Source: Chthoniobacterales bacterium (GTDB taxonomy: Bacteria > Verrucomicrobiota > Verrucomicrobiia > Chthoniobacterales > UBA10450). Taken from it: 64,000 nucleotides of DNA. The stretch spans positions 25-64,024 of the forward strand of contig DATFXN010000053.1 of the NCBI GenBank assembly GCA_035315805.1, read 5' to 3'. Positions 63,881 to 64,000 of this stretch are shown here, piece by piece. The notes beneath the pieces were generated by a model that ran no database searches, was not told where the DNA came from, and worked only from the letters and a program-made list of their open reading frames with translations. Position 1 is the first letter of the stretch, and each line of letters opens with the position of its first letter. The translations under genes and the position numbers were made by a program.

Positions 63881-64000
63881 ACGTATGCGCTCCGCCGTAT
63901 CGAGTCGTCGCACTTGTAGGGCTCACGGCGTGGCTCGCTTACAAGCGTTCACGTCAGGGTTCCGAGACTGTTCAAGGCATCCACGCACGCCGGCGGTTAG

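Overview
Dense 64-kb chromosomal segment of a moderately GC-rich Gram-negative bacterium. The gene content suggests the PVC superphylum or Verrucomicrobia (SWIB-domain protein, small basic protein, many GT-C/LPS-type envelope genes, W/Y-rich DUF6600-like lipoprotein). That taxon call is inference only. I support about 65 protein genes, one tmRNA (1691-2047, minus) and one tRNA-Arg(CCG) (62850-62923, plus). I recognised no rRNA, CRISPR array, transposase, integrase or phage genes. Housekeeping genes: panC, nadB, aroA, cmk, plsC, grpE, dnaJ, rsmE, rnhB, yraN, rplS, rluB. Accessory and envelope content: (1) a cluster at 4.0-16.2 kb with three sulfotransferase domains, one fused to a GT4 glycosyltransferase, plus a methyltransferase, an MBL hydrolase and three large GT-C-like membrane proteins, next to a two-component system; (2) a translationally coupled LPS-type operon with an LpxL-like acyltransferase/GT9 heptosyltransferase fusion (30.7-34.8 kb); (3) a beta-CASP exonuclease/ATP-dependent DNA ligase fusion (52.1-54.8 kb); (4) partner-switching signalling genes (STAS, GAF-PP2C, REC-PP2C), one module translationally coupled to grpE-dnaJ. 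The most striking signal is not a gene. The 11-mer WTGTCGATCTT occurs 33 times as an exact 10-mer core, plus 4 TGTCGATCTA variants and about 20 one-mismatch variants. It lies in unrelated genes and in intergenic DNA on both strands, far above chance expectation, in the manner of a DNA uptake sequence or a HIP1-like genomic word. I also see three indel-type gene disruptions, two of them at homopolymer runs. These may be assembly errors rather than biology. All coordinates and counts were derived by eye from the sequence and need computational confirmation.
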